DNA from: an uncultured OCS116 cluster bacterium
GTDB lineage: Bacteria; Pseudomonadota; Alphaproteobacteria; Rhizobiales; TMED25
DNA: 57,919 bases
NCBI GenBank assembly: GCA_902632055.1
Contig: CACPAS010000004.1
Span: 1 to 57,919 of the forward strand
Direction: 5' to 3'
A program made the translations under genes and the position numbers. Below, piece by piece: positions 22,566 to 33,006 of this stretch. Numbering within the stretch: the stretch's first letter is position 1; each line of letters starts with the position of its first letter. The notes under the pieces are model-generated. The model was given only the letters and a program-made list of their open reading frames with translations. It made no database searches and had not been told where the DNA came from.

Positions 22566-24090
22566 CTTTTGGAAATACTGGGGTGACTTCCCCTAATCTA
22601 TTACCGCTAATATCTATATTTGTGTCTATGATATCCTTGAAGTTGCGCTCTAAGTCATCAACATTTAGTAAATTTAAAATTTTTTCTGATGAAGTTGGTA
22701 TAACTGGAAGTAACATTATTGCTATTTTTCTAATATTATTAAGAGTTACGAATAGCACAGTCTGCATTCTTTCATTATTATCTTTCCTTAACTCCCAAGG
22801 CTTCTGATCTGAAAAATATTTATTTAAGTTTGAGATTTGCTCCCATATTTCAGATAAAATTTTATTAAGTTCTAATGTTTCTAGTAAAATTTTTATTCTA
22901 TCAACCAGTCTATCTACGTTAGAGTTTATCATAATATCATCTTTATTAAGCTTGGACATAATAGATGGAATAATACCATCACAATTCTTAATTACCATAG
23001 AGCAAGACCTTTGTATTAGGTTCCCCAAATCATTAGCTAGATCTGCATTTATTCTTTTTGATATACTATCATCATCATAATTACCATCATTTCCCATCGA
23101 TACTTCTCTTAGGAAAAAATATCTTAATTGGTCAATACCATATTTCGCAATTAACTCACTTGGGCTTATAACATTGCCCAATGATTTTGACATTTTGATA
23201 CCTCTATTAAATAGAAAACCGTGTGCAAATATTGTTACGGGTAGTTCTATTTTTGCTGATAATAGGAAGGCTGGCCAATACACAGCATGAAACCTTAAAA
23301 TATCTTTCCCGATTATATGATAATTTGCTGGCCAATAATTTTTATACGTCTCATTTGGAAAATTAATGCCGGTTAAATAATTTGTTAGTGCGTCTACCCA
23401 GACATACATAACGTGCCCATTATCATTTGGTACTCTAACCCCCCAATCAAAAGTCGTACGCGAGATTGATAAATCTTTTAAGCCTGATTCTACAAATTTT
23501 ATGACTTCATTTTTTCTGCTCTCTGGTAGAATAAATTTTGGATTATTTTTATAATGATCTAACAATCTATCTTGATATTTTGATAATCTGAAGAAGTAGC
23601 TCTCCTCTTCTACCCAAGTGACTTCTGTTCCTTGAGGAGACAAAAATTGACCATTCTTCTTAGTTAACTCTTTTTCCTCATAGTAAGCCTCATCTCTTAT
23701 GGAATACCAGCCTGCATATTTATCTTTGTAAATATCATCATTTTGCAGCATCCTGTTCCATATTTCTATACACGCATTTTTGTGTCTGTTTTCAGTGGTC
23801 CTTATGAAATCATTGTGTGAAGAACAGACTTCGCTGAGCATTTCCATAAATAATGGTGCATTCTTATCAGCAAGTTGCTTGGCTGTTAAATTATTTTTTT
23901 TTGCTGTTTGAAGCATTTTAATACCATGTTCATCTGTTCCCGTAAGGAACATTACATTCTTTCCAAATATTTTATGATATCTTGCTACAGTATCTGTGAT
24001 TATTGCCTCATAGGCATGACCGATGTGTGGTTCACCATTCGGATATGAAATAGCAGTTGTTAAATAAAAAGTATTCTTTTCCTTACCCAT
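22546..24090 (-). CDS. metG: Methionyl-tRNA synthetase (short form)
   Basis: YPNGEPHIGH, GTDEHG, GKDI, KMSKS. Confidence 0.97.
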   Translation of the reverse strand: MGKEKNTFYLTTAISYPNGEPHIGHAYEAIITDTVARYHKIFGKNVMFLTGTDEHGIKMLQTAKKNNLTAKQLADKNAPLFMEMLSEVCSSHNDFIRTTENRHKNACIEIWNRMLQNDDIYKDKYAGWYSIRDEAYYEEKELTKKNGQFLSPQGTEVTWVEEESYFFRLSKYQDRLLDHYKNNPKFILPESRKNEVIKFVESGLKDLSISRTTFDWGVRVPNDNGHVMYVWVDALTNYLTGINFPNETYKNYWPANYHIIGKDILRFHAVYWPAFLLSAKIELPVTIFAHGFLFNRGIKMSKSLGNVISPSELIAKYGIDQLRYFFLREVSMGNDGNYDDDSISKRINADLANDLGNLIQRSCSMVIKNCDGIIPSIMSKLNKDDIMINSNVDRLVDRIKILLETLELNKILSEIWEQISNLNKYFSDQKPWELRKDNNERMQTVLFVTLNNIRKIAIMLLPVIPTSSEKILNLLNVDDLERNFKDIIDTNIDISGNRLGEVTPVFPKVEISDE

Positions 24091-25087
24091 CTATTTTCCT
24101 ATCAGCTAAATAGCGTATTTCCTTATGAATAGTTAAGAGAAGTTCTTCTTTTTTTAGGTTTAAGATACTTAAATTATTATACCTATCTGAATATTTATCC
24201 CAGTAACTTAGTAACTCGTATACCATATAATCTTCTTTTAAATCAGCTAACAAACTAATAGCATTTTTCTTTAACCAAATCATAAAAAGTTCAAATAAAA
24301 TATTAAATGAGTTCATATTCTCTTTTTTCGAGTAATAATTGATAATTCTTAAGATATTTTTTTGATTTCTATCTTTTGATTTTGTCATAAGACTATTAAA
24401 ATCCTCAATAATTTCTTCAAAATTATTATTCATGAGATAAAAAATCTTTCCAGGCGATATACTCATCCCGTAAACATCAATGATCTTTTCGAGATTAGCC
24501 TCCACAAACAAACTATCTGTCACCTGTTTTGTGTCTGATATAGATAAATTTTTGAAATTAAACTTCAAGCATCTTGATAGGATTGTGTCAGGTAATAAAC
24601 TAATATTGTGTGTGATTAATATAAATAATGTATTATTTGGAGGTTCCTCCAGTATCTTTAATAGCGCATTTTGTGCTGACCTATTTAAATCGTTGATTGT
24701 ATCGATAATTATCACTCTGTGACCGCCGTTTAATAACTTACCTTTTAGGCTATCTTTAAGTTTTCTTATATCTTCAATCTTGATTTCAAGTGAACCTCCA
24801 CTCTCATTGGTATTCGATATATAATATAAATTCGGATACGAGTGTTTTGAGATCAGGTTGAACGTATTATCATTCATTTGCTCATAATCCGCGAAAGGAG
24901 TATCAATATTGGAGAATATATAGTTTGAGTATCTAAATGCAAGTGTACATTTTCCAATACCAAAAGGTCCACTAAATAGCAACACATTATTGATTGAGTT
25001 ACTATTTTTTAACCGAGCAAGTTGACTAATAATTGCCTGATGGCCAATGAATAATTTATTCTGCCATGGCTCATTAATTTTATTCAT
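24083..25087 (-). CDS. holB: DNA polymerase III delta' subunit
   Basis: LFSGPFGIGK, NALLKILEEPP, TILSRC; between tmk and metG. Confidence 0.88.
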   Translation of the reverse strand: MNKINEPWQNKLFIGHQAIISQLARLKNSNSINNVLLFSGPFGIGKCTLAFRYSNYIFSNIDTPFADYEQMNDNTFNLISKHSYPNLYYISNTNESGGSLEIKIEDIRKLKDSLKGKLLNGGHRVIIIDTINDLNRSAQNALLKILEEPPNNTLFILITHNISLLPDTILSRCLKFNFKNLSISDTKQVTDSLFVEANLEKIIDVYGMSISPGKIFYLMNNNFEEIIEDFNSLMTKSKDRNQKNILRIINYYSKKENMNSFNILFELFMIWLKKNAISLLADLKEDYMVYELLSYWDKYSDRYNNLSILNLKKEELLLTIHKEIRYLADRKIDG

Positions 25088-25712
25088 TTATTTTATTAAG
25101 GGTTATTTCAAGAATCTTTTTTGATATCTGCTTAATGTCATCTGTTCCATTCATAACAACACATCGATGTGGGTTATCTCTCGCTATATTCATATATCCA
25201 TCTCTAATCTTTTTATGATACATGATATCTTTTTCTTCGAATCTTGTCTCTTTATTATTCTCTTTGAGCGCTCTCTCAATTCCTTGGGTTGGGTTTATAT
25301 CGAACACAAAAGTAAGATCGGGATAAATCTTGTCAATTGATATGTTATTCACTTCTTTAACAATATTTAAATCTAATCTTCCTGCATAGCCTTGATATGC
25401 AAGCGTGGAGTCTATAAACCTATCACAGATAACAATTTTATTATCATTAAGGCATTGTTTAATTACCTTTTGCACGTGATCGGCTCTAGCTGCAGCAAAG
25501 AGAAATAATTCACTAACATTATCAATTTTATTTGACTCTCCCTGAACTAGTATTTCACGTATTATTTCAGCAAGTTGAGTGCCCCCAGGTTCTCGGGTTT
25601 TTATCGCATCAAACCCTTTTTCTAACAAGGTATTATACAGTATCTCAGATTGCGTTGTTTTACCGCTTCCCTCACCACCTTCAAATGTTATTAATAGGCC
25701 ATTCTTTGTCAT
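25080..25712 (-). CDS. tmk: Thymidylate kinase
   Basis: FEGGEGSGKTTQ, TREPGG, CDRFIDSTLAYQG. Confidence 0.97.
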   Translation of the reverse strand: MTKNGLLITFEGGEGSGKTTQSEILYNTLLEKGFDAIKTREPGGTQLAEIIREILVQGESNKIDNVSELFLFAAARADHVQKVIKQCLNDNKIVICDRFIDSTLAYQGYAGRLDLNIVKEVNNISIDKIYPDLTFVFDINPTQGIERALKENNKETRFEEKDIMYHKKIRDGYMNIARDNPHRCVVMNGTDDIKQISKKILEITLNKINE

Positions 25713-25716
25713 TTTA

Positions 25717-26316
25717 CTATAGATCCGTTAATGCAGATGATGTGGCTCTCCAAATTTTACGTAGAAAACCAGGTTTTGTATTATTAAAGTTATTTCCGAT
25801 ATTACCGTCAAGTGGCGCTTCCTCAATGTACTGAACCCTAACTTTTGCGGTGCCCTTATTCAGCATTTCCAATTCTTCGGCTGCTCGCTTCGATAAATCT
25901 ATTATTCTGTTATCAATATATGGCCCCCTATCATTTAATCTGACCACTATTGATTTGTTATTTTCGAGATTGGTAACTCGTAAATAAGATGGTAACGGTA
26001 ATGTTTTGTGTGCTGCAGAAAGCGCATTCATATCATAATACTCGCCATTTGCAGTAAGTCTACCATGAAAATAATCTCCGTACCATGAAGCTATACCGAC
26101 TTGATCATAATTATTATCAACCTCTGGATAGTACCACTTACCATTAATTTCATACGGTTCACCAATTTTATAATGCCCTCCACCTTGCGGTACATGATCA
26201 TATTTTCCGTATACTTGAGGATTATTTTCAACTTTAAACCAAGAACTGCATGAGCTTAATATAATAATCAGTGCAAAAGATATGATTATGATATTTTTGT
26301 AAGTAAATTTTCGCAT
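25717..26316 (-). CDS. rlpA: RlpA-family lytic transglycosylase lipoprotein (no SPOR domain)
   Basis: Lipobox LSSC, GIASWYG, AAHKTLPLPS, NDRGPY, RIIDLS. Confidence 0.9.
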   Translation of the reverse strand: MRKFTYKNIIIISFALIIILSSCSSWFKVENNPQVYGKYDHVPQGGGHYKIGEPYEINGKWYYPEVDNNYDQVGIASWYGDYFHGRLTANGEYYDMNALSAAHKTLPLPSYLRVTNLENNKSIVVRLNDRGPYIDNRIIDLSKRAAEELEMLNKGTAKVRVQYIEEAPLDGNIGNNFNNTKPGFLRKIWRATSSALTDL

Positions 26317-26494
26317 TTAATAATTATAAAATAAAAAGTATAAAAATAAATAAACAAAGTGTGTTTCTAAAACTTATATATAATTAATCGAATACTTGCG
26401 ATCTATTTCCATTGTATGGGATAGCATCTAGTGCATTTGAATGCAGTTTTTTGGTGTTATATCCAAGAATAGCAAAAAATTTATCTTACAAAAG

Positions 26495-28246
26495 TTATTT
26501 AAGTATTGGTGAATTTATTAAATCTTGGAAATATTTATTTTCATTTTTAAGATATTCGTATTTTCCTGTACCAACCACATTCCCATCTTTAAGGACGATT
26601 ATATTATCCGCGTCTTTTATTGTTTCTAGTTTATGTGCAATGATTAGAACGGTTTTATCCTTAAAATATCTATCTAATGTTTTATTTATCTCAATCTCAT
26701 TGATGGAATCTAAAGAATTTGTTGCCTCATCTAAAAGTAACAAAGGCGCATCCTTGTAAATTGCCCTTGCAATAGCAAGCCTCTGTAATTCTCCACCTGA
26801 GAGGGATATCCCATCAATACCAATTTTTGTATTGTATTTATCTGATAGTTTATCAACGAAATTATTAATATTGAGATCATCCATCAATTTATTAAAATCA
26901 ATGGTTTCTGAATTTTCATTATGCTGTAAATTTATATTGTTTTTCAGTGTATCATTAAAAATAAATGTATTTTGTGAAACAAATGATATGCATGACCTCA
27001 ATGATTTAATTTGAATATCTTCAATATCTGTATTGCCAAACTTAATGTTTCCAGATTTGGCCTCATTCAATCTAATTAATAATTTAAATATTGTAGATTT
27101 ACCAGCACCGCTCTCGCCAATTATATAATTTCTAGTTCCCTCTTTAATTGTAAAAGTTATCTTATTTAATACATCCCGTTGATCTGATTTATATCTAAAG
27201 GAAACATTTTCAAACGTTAGTAAATTATATTCTGTTGGGAAATTAACTGCATCAGGCTTATCTTCTAGCACATCACAATCACCATATAATTCATAGACCC
27301 TATCAACAGCCGCGAGTCCCTCTTGATAAACAGAATTCAATGTACTTATTTTTCTTATAGGATCTGAAATCATTAATAGAGCGGTTATGAATGCAGTTAA
27401 TTGACCCAAAGTGCTATTACCCTCTAATATCTGATAGCCCGCAAAGGTCAGTAGGAGGCCAATAAAGATACCAGCCAAAATTTCAATTATAGGATTCATA
27501 ATCGCACGATACTTTGTTAATCTAAATAAATTTAATATTCGTGTTTTAATTTCTTTATTGGTGTATTGAATTTCTCGGTTTTCTAATTGAAAAGATTTTA
27601 TTGTCTGAATATTTTGAAAGCTTTGATTTAAAAGATTAGTAAATTGTCCAATTTGTAACTGTGCACCCCTTGAGATGCTATTAACTTTTTTACCTATCTT
27701 ATAGATTGGAATTGCAACGAATGGCAGTAGGAAACATATTACGATCGCAAGCTTCCAATCAAGATATATCATAGTAATTAATAAAACAATTGCGGTTAGC
27801 CCATCTTTTACGAGACTATCCATTAGCCTTTCTAATGCCTGTAGTATTAACGTTGTATCATTTGATAACCTTGATATCAAATTACCAGCACCATTATCTT
27901 CAATAATTTCTATATTTGATCGGATAATCATTGCATAAAGTTTTTTTTGAAGATCCCCAATGATATTTAGTGCAGTCTTATTTACTAATAATATTTGCAA
28001 GTAATTTGATAGACCTCTTATTAGTGCAATTATCGGAACAATGATCATAACTATAAATAGGTATTTTCCATTTCCATCTTCTATTAATTGAAAACTCCAA
28101 TTAATTGTCAAAGGATAGAGGCTTGAGCTTATTGCAACTACAGCGATTAGTAGGATAGATAACATAATCCTAAATCTGTAAACCTTGATATACTCATTCC
28201 AGAATCTTCTAGATGAATTCTGTTCTTTCATATTTGATGCGTTCAT
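26495..28246 (-). CDS. ABC exporter, fused TMD and ATPase (MsbA-like)
   Basis: Multi-helix N-terminal TMD, GESGAGKST, LSGGELQRL, LLLDEAT, IAH. Confidence 0.85.
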   Translation of the reverse strand: MNASNMKEQNSSRRFWNEYIKVYRFRIMLSILLIAVVAISSSLYPLTINWSFQLIEDGNGKYLFIVMIIVPIIALIRGLSNYLQILLVNKTALNIIGDLQKKLYAMIIRSNIEIIEDNGAGNLISRLSNDTTLILQALERLMDSLVKDGLTAIVLLITMIYLDWKLAIVICFLLPFVAIPIYKIGKKVNSISRGAQLQIGQFTNLLNQSFQNIQTIKSFQLENREIQYTNKEIKTRILNLFRLTKYRAIMNPIIEILAGIFIGLLLTFAGYQILEGNSTLGQLTAFITALLMISDPIRKISTLNSVYQEGLAAVDRVYELYGDCDVLEDKPDAVNFPTEYNLLTFENVSFRYKSDQRDVLNKITFTIKEGTRNYIIGESGAGKSTIFKLLIRLNEAKSGNIKFGNTDIEDIQIKSLRSCISFVSQNTFIFNDTLKNNINLQHNENSETIDFNKLMDDLNINNFVDKLSDKYNTKIGIDGISLSGGELQRLAIARAIYKDAPLLLLDEATNSLDSINEIEINKTLDRYFKDKTVLIIAHKLETIKDADNIIVLKDGNVVGTGKYEYLKNENKYFQDLINSPILK

Positions 28247-28267
28247 TAGGTTGATATAATAAGGATT

Positions 28268-29236
28268 TTATCCCCAATCAAGAAATCTCGGTAACTTTCC
28301 CTTATTTTTTAGAGTACCCACAATTCCATTCGGAAAATATAATAATGTTATAACAAGAAGTAATCCAGTAAATAATAAATTTAATTCAGTGGCGCCCAGG
28401 TACGATAGTATTAACTCATTAAAAGCGATAAATATAATCGTCCCAACAATCGGTCCCGTGACTGTGCCCATACCACCTAGTATTACCATCAAAACTACAT
28501 TTGCAGCGATGAGTATTATTAAAAAAATATTTGGTCTGACATATGTTAAGTAGTCTGCCCATATTGCTCCCGCACATCCTATAAAGAATGTAGATAACAC
28601 AAATGCAGTAACTTTTATATATTTAACATTTATCCCTGCAACAGCACTTCTTATTTCATCATGAGATATAGCCCTCAGCGCAAGTCCAAATTTTGAATGC
28701 CTGACATACCAATTCATATAGATTGTTATAATAGCGAGTAAAAGAAATCCATAATAATGTGGGAATTTCGAAAATTCAACTGATAAGGAATTGTATGGAA
28801 GCGTTATTCCGCTAGCGCCACCAACTAATTCCCATCTGTCAAATATGATCCTTAAAATCATTATTAAGGCTATGGATGATATTATAAATGATGGACCTTT
28901 CACACGAAGGGTAATTAAACCAACAAAAAAACCAAAAATACCAGCACCTATCCCCGCGAGCAATATCAAATAAAATGGTGAAACACCCCACATAATTGAA
29001 TAATATCCGGCAATATAAGCACCGATACACAAGAAGGCGTTATGACCAACAGAAATAAAACCTCCATACCCGCCAATTATATTCCAACTACTTGTCATTA
29101 CCATATAATAGAAAGCATATAGAAATAAATGAATTACATAATTCTGATCGCCAAACACTGAGGGGAAAAACTGAATTAGTGGAAAAACTAAAAGTATTAC
29201 AAGAGTTGCTAATGGTATAATCTTTCTTGATTGCAT
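28268..29236 (-). CDS. Branched-chain amino acid-type ABC permease (LivM-like)
   Basis: SWNIIGGYGG, SKFGLALRAI, ILGGMGT. Start moved to ATG 29236 (MQSRKII). Confidence 0.88.
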   Translation of the reverse strand: MQSRKIIPLATLVILLVFPLIQFFPSVFGDQNYVIHLFLYAFYYMVMTSSWNIIGGYGGFISVGHNAFLCIGAYIAGYYSIMWGVSPFYLILLAGIGAGIFGFFVGLITLRVKGPSFIISSIALIMILRIIFDRWELVGGASGITLPYNSLSVEFSKFPHYYGFLLLAIITIYMNWYVRHSKFGLALRAISHDEIRSAVAGINVKYIKVTAFVLSTFFIGCAGAIWADYLTYVRPNIFLIILIAANVVLMVILGGMGTVTGPIVGTIIFIAFNELILSYLGATELNLLFTGLLLVITLLYFPNGIVGTLKNKGKLPRFLDWG

Positions 29237-29241
29237 TTTGG

Positions 29242-30111
29242 TTACTCCAAATATTTCCCAAACATACCGTGTGGCTTTACTAACAGCATCACAAATAGTG
29301 CTACGAAGAAAACCATAGTAGACCATGCAGGTGCAATTAATGCTCCAACTAATGATGCCATAACAGATAAAATCGCAGCGGATATCACAACACCCAAGAT
29401 GCTGCCCATCCCCCCGAGTACAACTAAAGACATTAGAATGGCTATCCATTCCCAATGTTTTGCTGGAAAAAATGAAAAGACAAAACTTACTAAGGAACCT
29501 GCGGCTCCTGCCAATGCACATCCAAGGATAAATGAGAAAATGCATACGAACTTAACATCAATACCTACCAATTCAGCATTAACGCGGCTTAGTGATGTTG
29601 CACGTATTGCAATACCCAATTTGCTAAATTTTAGGAATAAACCCAGTGCAACAATTAGAGCAATACTTATTAGTCCTGAATATAATTGTGCTGTTGGTAA
29701 AAAAATATCACCAATAAATATTGCGTCAGTTGCATAAGGAGGTGATGTAATTCTTTGTGTATTTTTAAACAGGTAGGATAAGGTACCATCCAAAACCATA
29801 GCAGTTCCGAAGGTAAGTAAAACTGTCATCTCAGAATAAGTTTGTGATCCTGCATCCTTTTCAAATACCAGTTTGTAGGTTATGGCCCCTAAAATTGCTG
29901 TTGTAGCGGCACATAATGGTATTGCAAAAATTGGATCCATACCAAATATTACAAATAAATAATATGCTGCAAAGGCACCAACTAATATAAATATTGGATG
30001 TGCAAGGTTCACTATCCTCATAACCCCAAATATTAAAGTCAAACCCGTAGCCATCAGAGCGTAGACGAAACCTAAACAGAGACCTAGAATTATTGTTTGA
30101 ATAATAAACAT
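29242..30111 (-). CDS. Branched-chain amino acid-type ABC permease (LivH-like)
   Basis: YALMATGLTLIFGVMRIVNLAH, GIAIRAT, VVLGGMGS, KPHG. Confidence 0.9.
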   Translation of the reverse strand: MFIIQTIILGLCLGFVYALMATGLTLIFGVMRIVNLAHPIFILVGAFAAYYLFVIFGMDPIFAIPLCAATTAILGAITYKLVFEKDAGSQTYSEMTVLLTFGTAMVLDGTLSYLFKNTQRITSPPYATDAIFIGDIFLPTAQLYSGLISIALIVALGLFLKFSKLGIAIRATSLSRVNAELVGIDVKFVCIFSFILGCALAGAAGSLVSFVFSFFPAKHWEWIAILMSLVVLGGMGSILGVVISAAILSVMASLVGALIAPAWSTMVFFVALFVMLLVKPHGMFGKYLE

Positions 30112-30854
30112 TATTTCTTCTTCCTCTTACCTAAATATAACTCTTGTATTCTATCGTCACTTAGTACTTCGTTTGCAGGTTTTTCAAATACAATCTCACC
30201 AAGATCCATTACAGTACCAAAATTTGATGATGCCAACCCCCTTCTAGCATTTTGTTCAACAAGTAAGATGGAGACACCCTTTGATGCAATATTTTCTATA
30301 TGCTTGAATGCCTGTTCAACAATTGCTGGTGCAAGCCCAAGCGATGGTTCATCTATTAATATAACTCTTGGTTTCAAAATAATTGCCCTTGCGAAGATTA
30401 ATTGCTGTTGTTCTCCGCCCGACATGGTACCTGCATATTGTGTTAATCTTTCCTTTAAACGGGGAAATGTGTCCAAAGCTTCTTCGATCCTAACCCTCAA
30501 ATCCTGCTTATCTTTAATAGTATAGCCTGCCATTGCGAGATTCTCAGATACTGTTAACGTATTAAAAAGTGACCTATCTTGAGGTATAAAACACAGGCCT
30601 GTCTTCATTATCTCATATGTTGCCATACCAGAAAGCTCTAACTCCCCTTTTTCAGACTTGAATGATACTGTTCCATTTCTTGGTGTAATAATTCCAGCAA
30701 TAGCCTTGAGAACTGTTGATTTACCTGCTCCATTTGGGCCGATAATACATTTAATATCGCCTTTATGAAGCTGCAGGTGAATATTTTTGATAATATCAGG
30801 ACCATAGCCATAGCCCGCGACAATATTCTCTAGTTTAAGCACACATTCTGACAT
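30111..30854 (-). CDS. ABC ATPase (LivF-like)
   Basis: GPNGAGKST, AGTMSGGEQQ, DEPSLGLAP, LVEQN, ELYLG. Confidence 0.92.
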   Translation of the reverse strand: MSECVLKLENIVAGYGYGPDIIKNIHLQLHKGDIKCIIGPNGAGKSTVLKAIAGIITPRNGTVSFKSEKGELELSGMATYEIMKTGLCFIPQDRSLFNTLTVSENLAMAGYTIKDKQDLRVRIEEALDTFPRLKERLTQYAGTMSGGEQQQLIFARAIILKPRVILIDEPSLGLAPAIVEQAFKHIENIASKGVSILLVEQNARRGLASSNFGTVMDLGEIVFEKPANEVLSDDRIQELYLGKRKKK

Positions 30855-30860
30855 AAAAAT

Positions 30861-31586
30861 TTATCCTGTTAAGTATACCTCTAAAACCTGCTTATCATTT
30901 TGAACTTCATTGGGTGTTCCACTTGCTATAATTGATCCTGCAGCCATGACCACAACTTTGTCGCTAATGCCCATAACTAAATCCATATTATGTTCAACAA
31001 GTAGAATTGTTTTACCCTGTTTTTTTAGCACCAAGATTCGGTCAAGTATTGTTTCCAACAGTCTCGGGTTTACCCCCGCTGCAGGTTCATCAAGTAAAAT
31101 GACACTTGGATCAGACATCAGTACTGAGCCCAGATCCAATAATTTTTTTTGACCATATGATAGCTCCTTCATAGGTAAATCTCGAATATGTGTAATATTC
31201 AGGAACTCCATAATTTGTTCAGCACGAACTCTATCCTCTTTGGTAACTCCAGCTTTGAGCAAATGAAAATCAAAACCTGCAGCTGTGTGGAGTGATAAAT
31301 TTTCTGTTACGGATAATTCATCCAATACCCTAGTTAGTTGGAACGATCTACCTACACCCAATCTAGCAATTTTATGGGCTGGCATTATATCTATCCTTGT
31401 ATCGCGAAGGTATATTTCACCCTCATCAATTGGATATACGCGTGAAATACAATTGAATAATGTGCTTTTACCAGCTCCATTTGGCCCAATTAATGAACAT
31501 ATTGTAGAGCTGGAAACATCAAATGAAGAGTCGTCAACAGCAACGATTCCACCAAAGCGTTTTGTTACATGTTTGATTGATATCAT
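30861..31586 (-). CDS. ABC ATPase (LivG-like)
   Basis: KRFGG, GPNGAGKST, LSYGQKK, DEPAAG, VEHNM, VYL. Confidence 0.92.
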   Translation of the reverse strand: MISIKHVTKRFGGIVAVDDSSFDVSSSTICSLIGPNGAGKSTLFNCISRVYPIDEGEIYLRDTRIDIMPAHKIARLGVGRSFQLTRVLDELSVTENLSLHTAAGFDFHLLKAGVTKEDRVRAEQIMEFLNITHIRDLPMKELSYGQKKLLDLGSVLMSDPSVILLDEPAAGVNPRLLETILDRILVLKKQGKTILLVEHNMDLVMGISDKVVVMAAGSIIASGTPNEVQNDKQVLEVYLTG

Positions 31587-31596
31587 TTATTTTCCA

Positions 31597-31631
31597 TAAA
31601 AAATATGCGACCAAAGTAAATTGGCCGCATA
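31597..31631 (-). terminator. Intrinsic terminator-like hairpin after the Liv substrate-binding gene
   Basis: Minus strand reads ATGCGGCCAA-6-TTGGTCGCAT (one G.U pair) followed by ATTTTTT. Confidence 0.65.
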
Positions 31632-31643
31632 CATTTTAGATGA

Positions 31644-32930
31644 TTACCATTTTGGTTTAGGATCAACTATTTCAGCGGTATCAAATTCATTTGTTGGATA
31701 TACAAATTCCAAATTACCACCGTCCTGCCATTGAACCATGAGGAATGACTTTCCTAAAGGAAGCCCCCTGTTATCCCAAGCAAAATTACCGAGTACTGTT
31801 TTTACTGGGTCCTCAGGAGTTCTTGCGTGTAACCAATCCATTATAGTTTGATCATCAACTGAACCAGTTGCGCGTACAGCTTGGTCTATACCTTGGCATA
31901 GAGCAAAAGTAATTGCAACATCCTCATCTGGTTTATTTCCAGTTGTGATGTGATACTCGGCAGCGAAATCAGCATTATTCATTTGCATACCTGCAAGTGA
32001 GCCTTTAAATGGAGCTTTTGGATGATAAGCTGACATTATAATCACACCATTTGCATCATCCCCAAGACCTTCATAGAACTCTTTTTGGGTTCCTTGAGAT
32101 AGAAGAATATGCTTAGGGTTGTGCCTAACAGTCTTTAGTGCTCTCGTGAACTGCGTTGCCTCTTCAGGTGATGCCATAAGACCGATCACTAAGTCAGCAT
32201 CAGAATTCTTTATTGAGTTTGCTAAAACAAGCCAATCTGAAAAACCTTCCTCTGGCCACTGCTCGTGATATACAAGTTCGATACCAGCTGATCTAATATA
32301 TCCTGGTGATAAATCTTCAACTAATTCACCACTACCCGGCATAACAACTTTTTCACCAAGCAGACCTGTTGCGATGGAGTTTGCAAAAAAGTCATCAGCA
32401 TGAACAACCGCAGCCTTGGTCGGCTTATCTTCAACCAGATCATTAATTAATCCAACCATATTCGTTCCAACATACTCAGCTGCACTGGCCTGGAAGTAAA
32501 ATAAATTCTTGTGGCCTTGTGAGAAAATTCTCAACGCACCACCTGATGGAATTGGATGAATCGCATTATATTTAGCTAAGATCGGTGATATTGGAAACGT
32601 TAATTTACTTGAAAAAGTTCCAAAGGTTAGATCCACCTTATCTACGTTAATAAATCTTTCATATTGTGCGATAGCAGTCTCAGTATCTGATCTGTTATCA
32701 CTGACAACAAGTTCGACTTCTTGATCTAACCAGCCACCATGTCTATTAATGATATCAACGCACATCTCATAACCCTCTAAATGCTTCGATCCAGGAACAG
32801 CAAAGTTTCCTGTAAGTGGCATTGAGGCGCCAATTTTGATGGTTGCATTAGACTCGTTGATTGGTAGTATAGTTAAAGCGAGAAATGTAGCCAAACCAAG
32901 AAGGTTTAGCCCAAAAATTTTCTTTGTCAT
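31644..32930 (-). CDS. Liv-type (periplasmic binding protein I) substrate-binding protein
   Basis: Signal peptide, IKIGASMPLTG, INRHGG, D-N-R-S-D, TVLG, QWQ; first gene of the Liv cluster. Confidence 0.88.
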   Translation of the reverse strand: MTKKIFGLNLLGLATFLALTILPINESNATIKIGASMPLTGNFAVPGSKHLEGYEMCVDIINRHGGWLDQEVELVVSDNRSDTETAIAQYERFINVDKVDLTFGTFSSKLTFPISPILAKYNAIHPIPSGGALRIFSQGHKNLFYFQASAAEYVGTNMVGLINDLVEDKPTKAAVVHADDFFANSIATGLLGEKVVMPGSGELVEDLSPGYIRSAGIELVYHEQWPEEGFSDWLVLANSIKNSDADLVIGLMASPEEATQFTRALKTVRHNPKHILLSQGTQKEFYEGLGDDANGVIIMSAYHPKAPFKGSLAGMQMNNADFAAEYHITTGNKPDEDVAITFALCQGIDQAVRATGSVDDQTIMDWLHARTPEDPVKTVLGNFAWDNRGLPLGKSFLMVQWQDGGNLEFVYPTNEFDTAEIVDPKPKW

Positions 32931-33006
32931 GTTTACCTCCCTATTAAATAAACGTTAAGACAATATTAATAATTATAGAGGTATTTAGGATTTTTACAAA
33001 TATATT

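Noticed and set aside
26403-26463. Short imperfect hairpins upstream of rlpA (possible sRNA or terminator)
   Set aside because: Weak stems, no convincing promoter or family match.
29237-29545. 103-aa N-terminal extension of the LivM-like ORF
   Set aside because: Overlaps livH in another frame; the real start is likely 29236.
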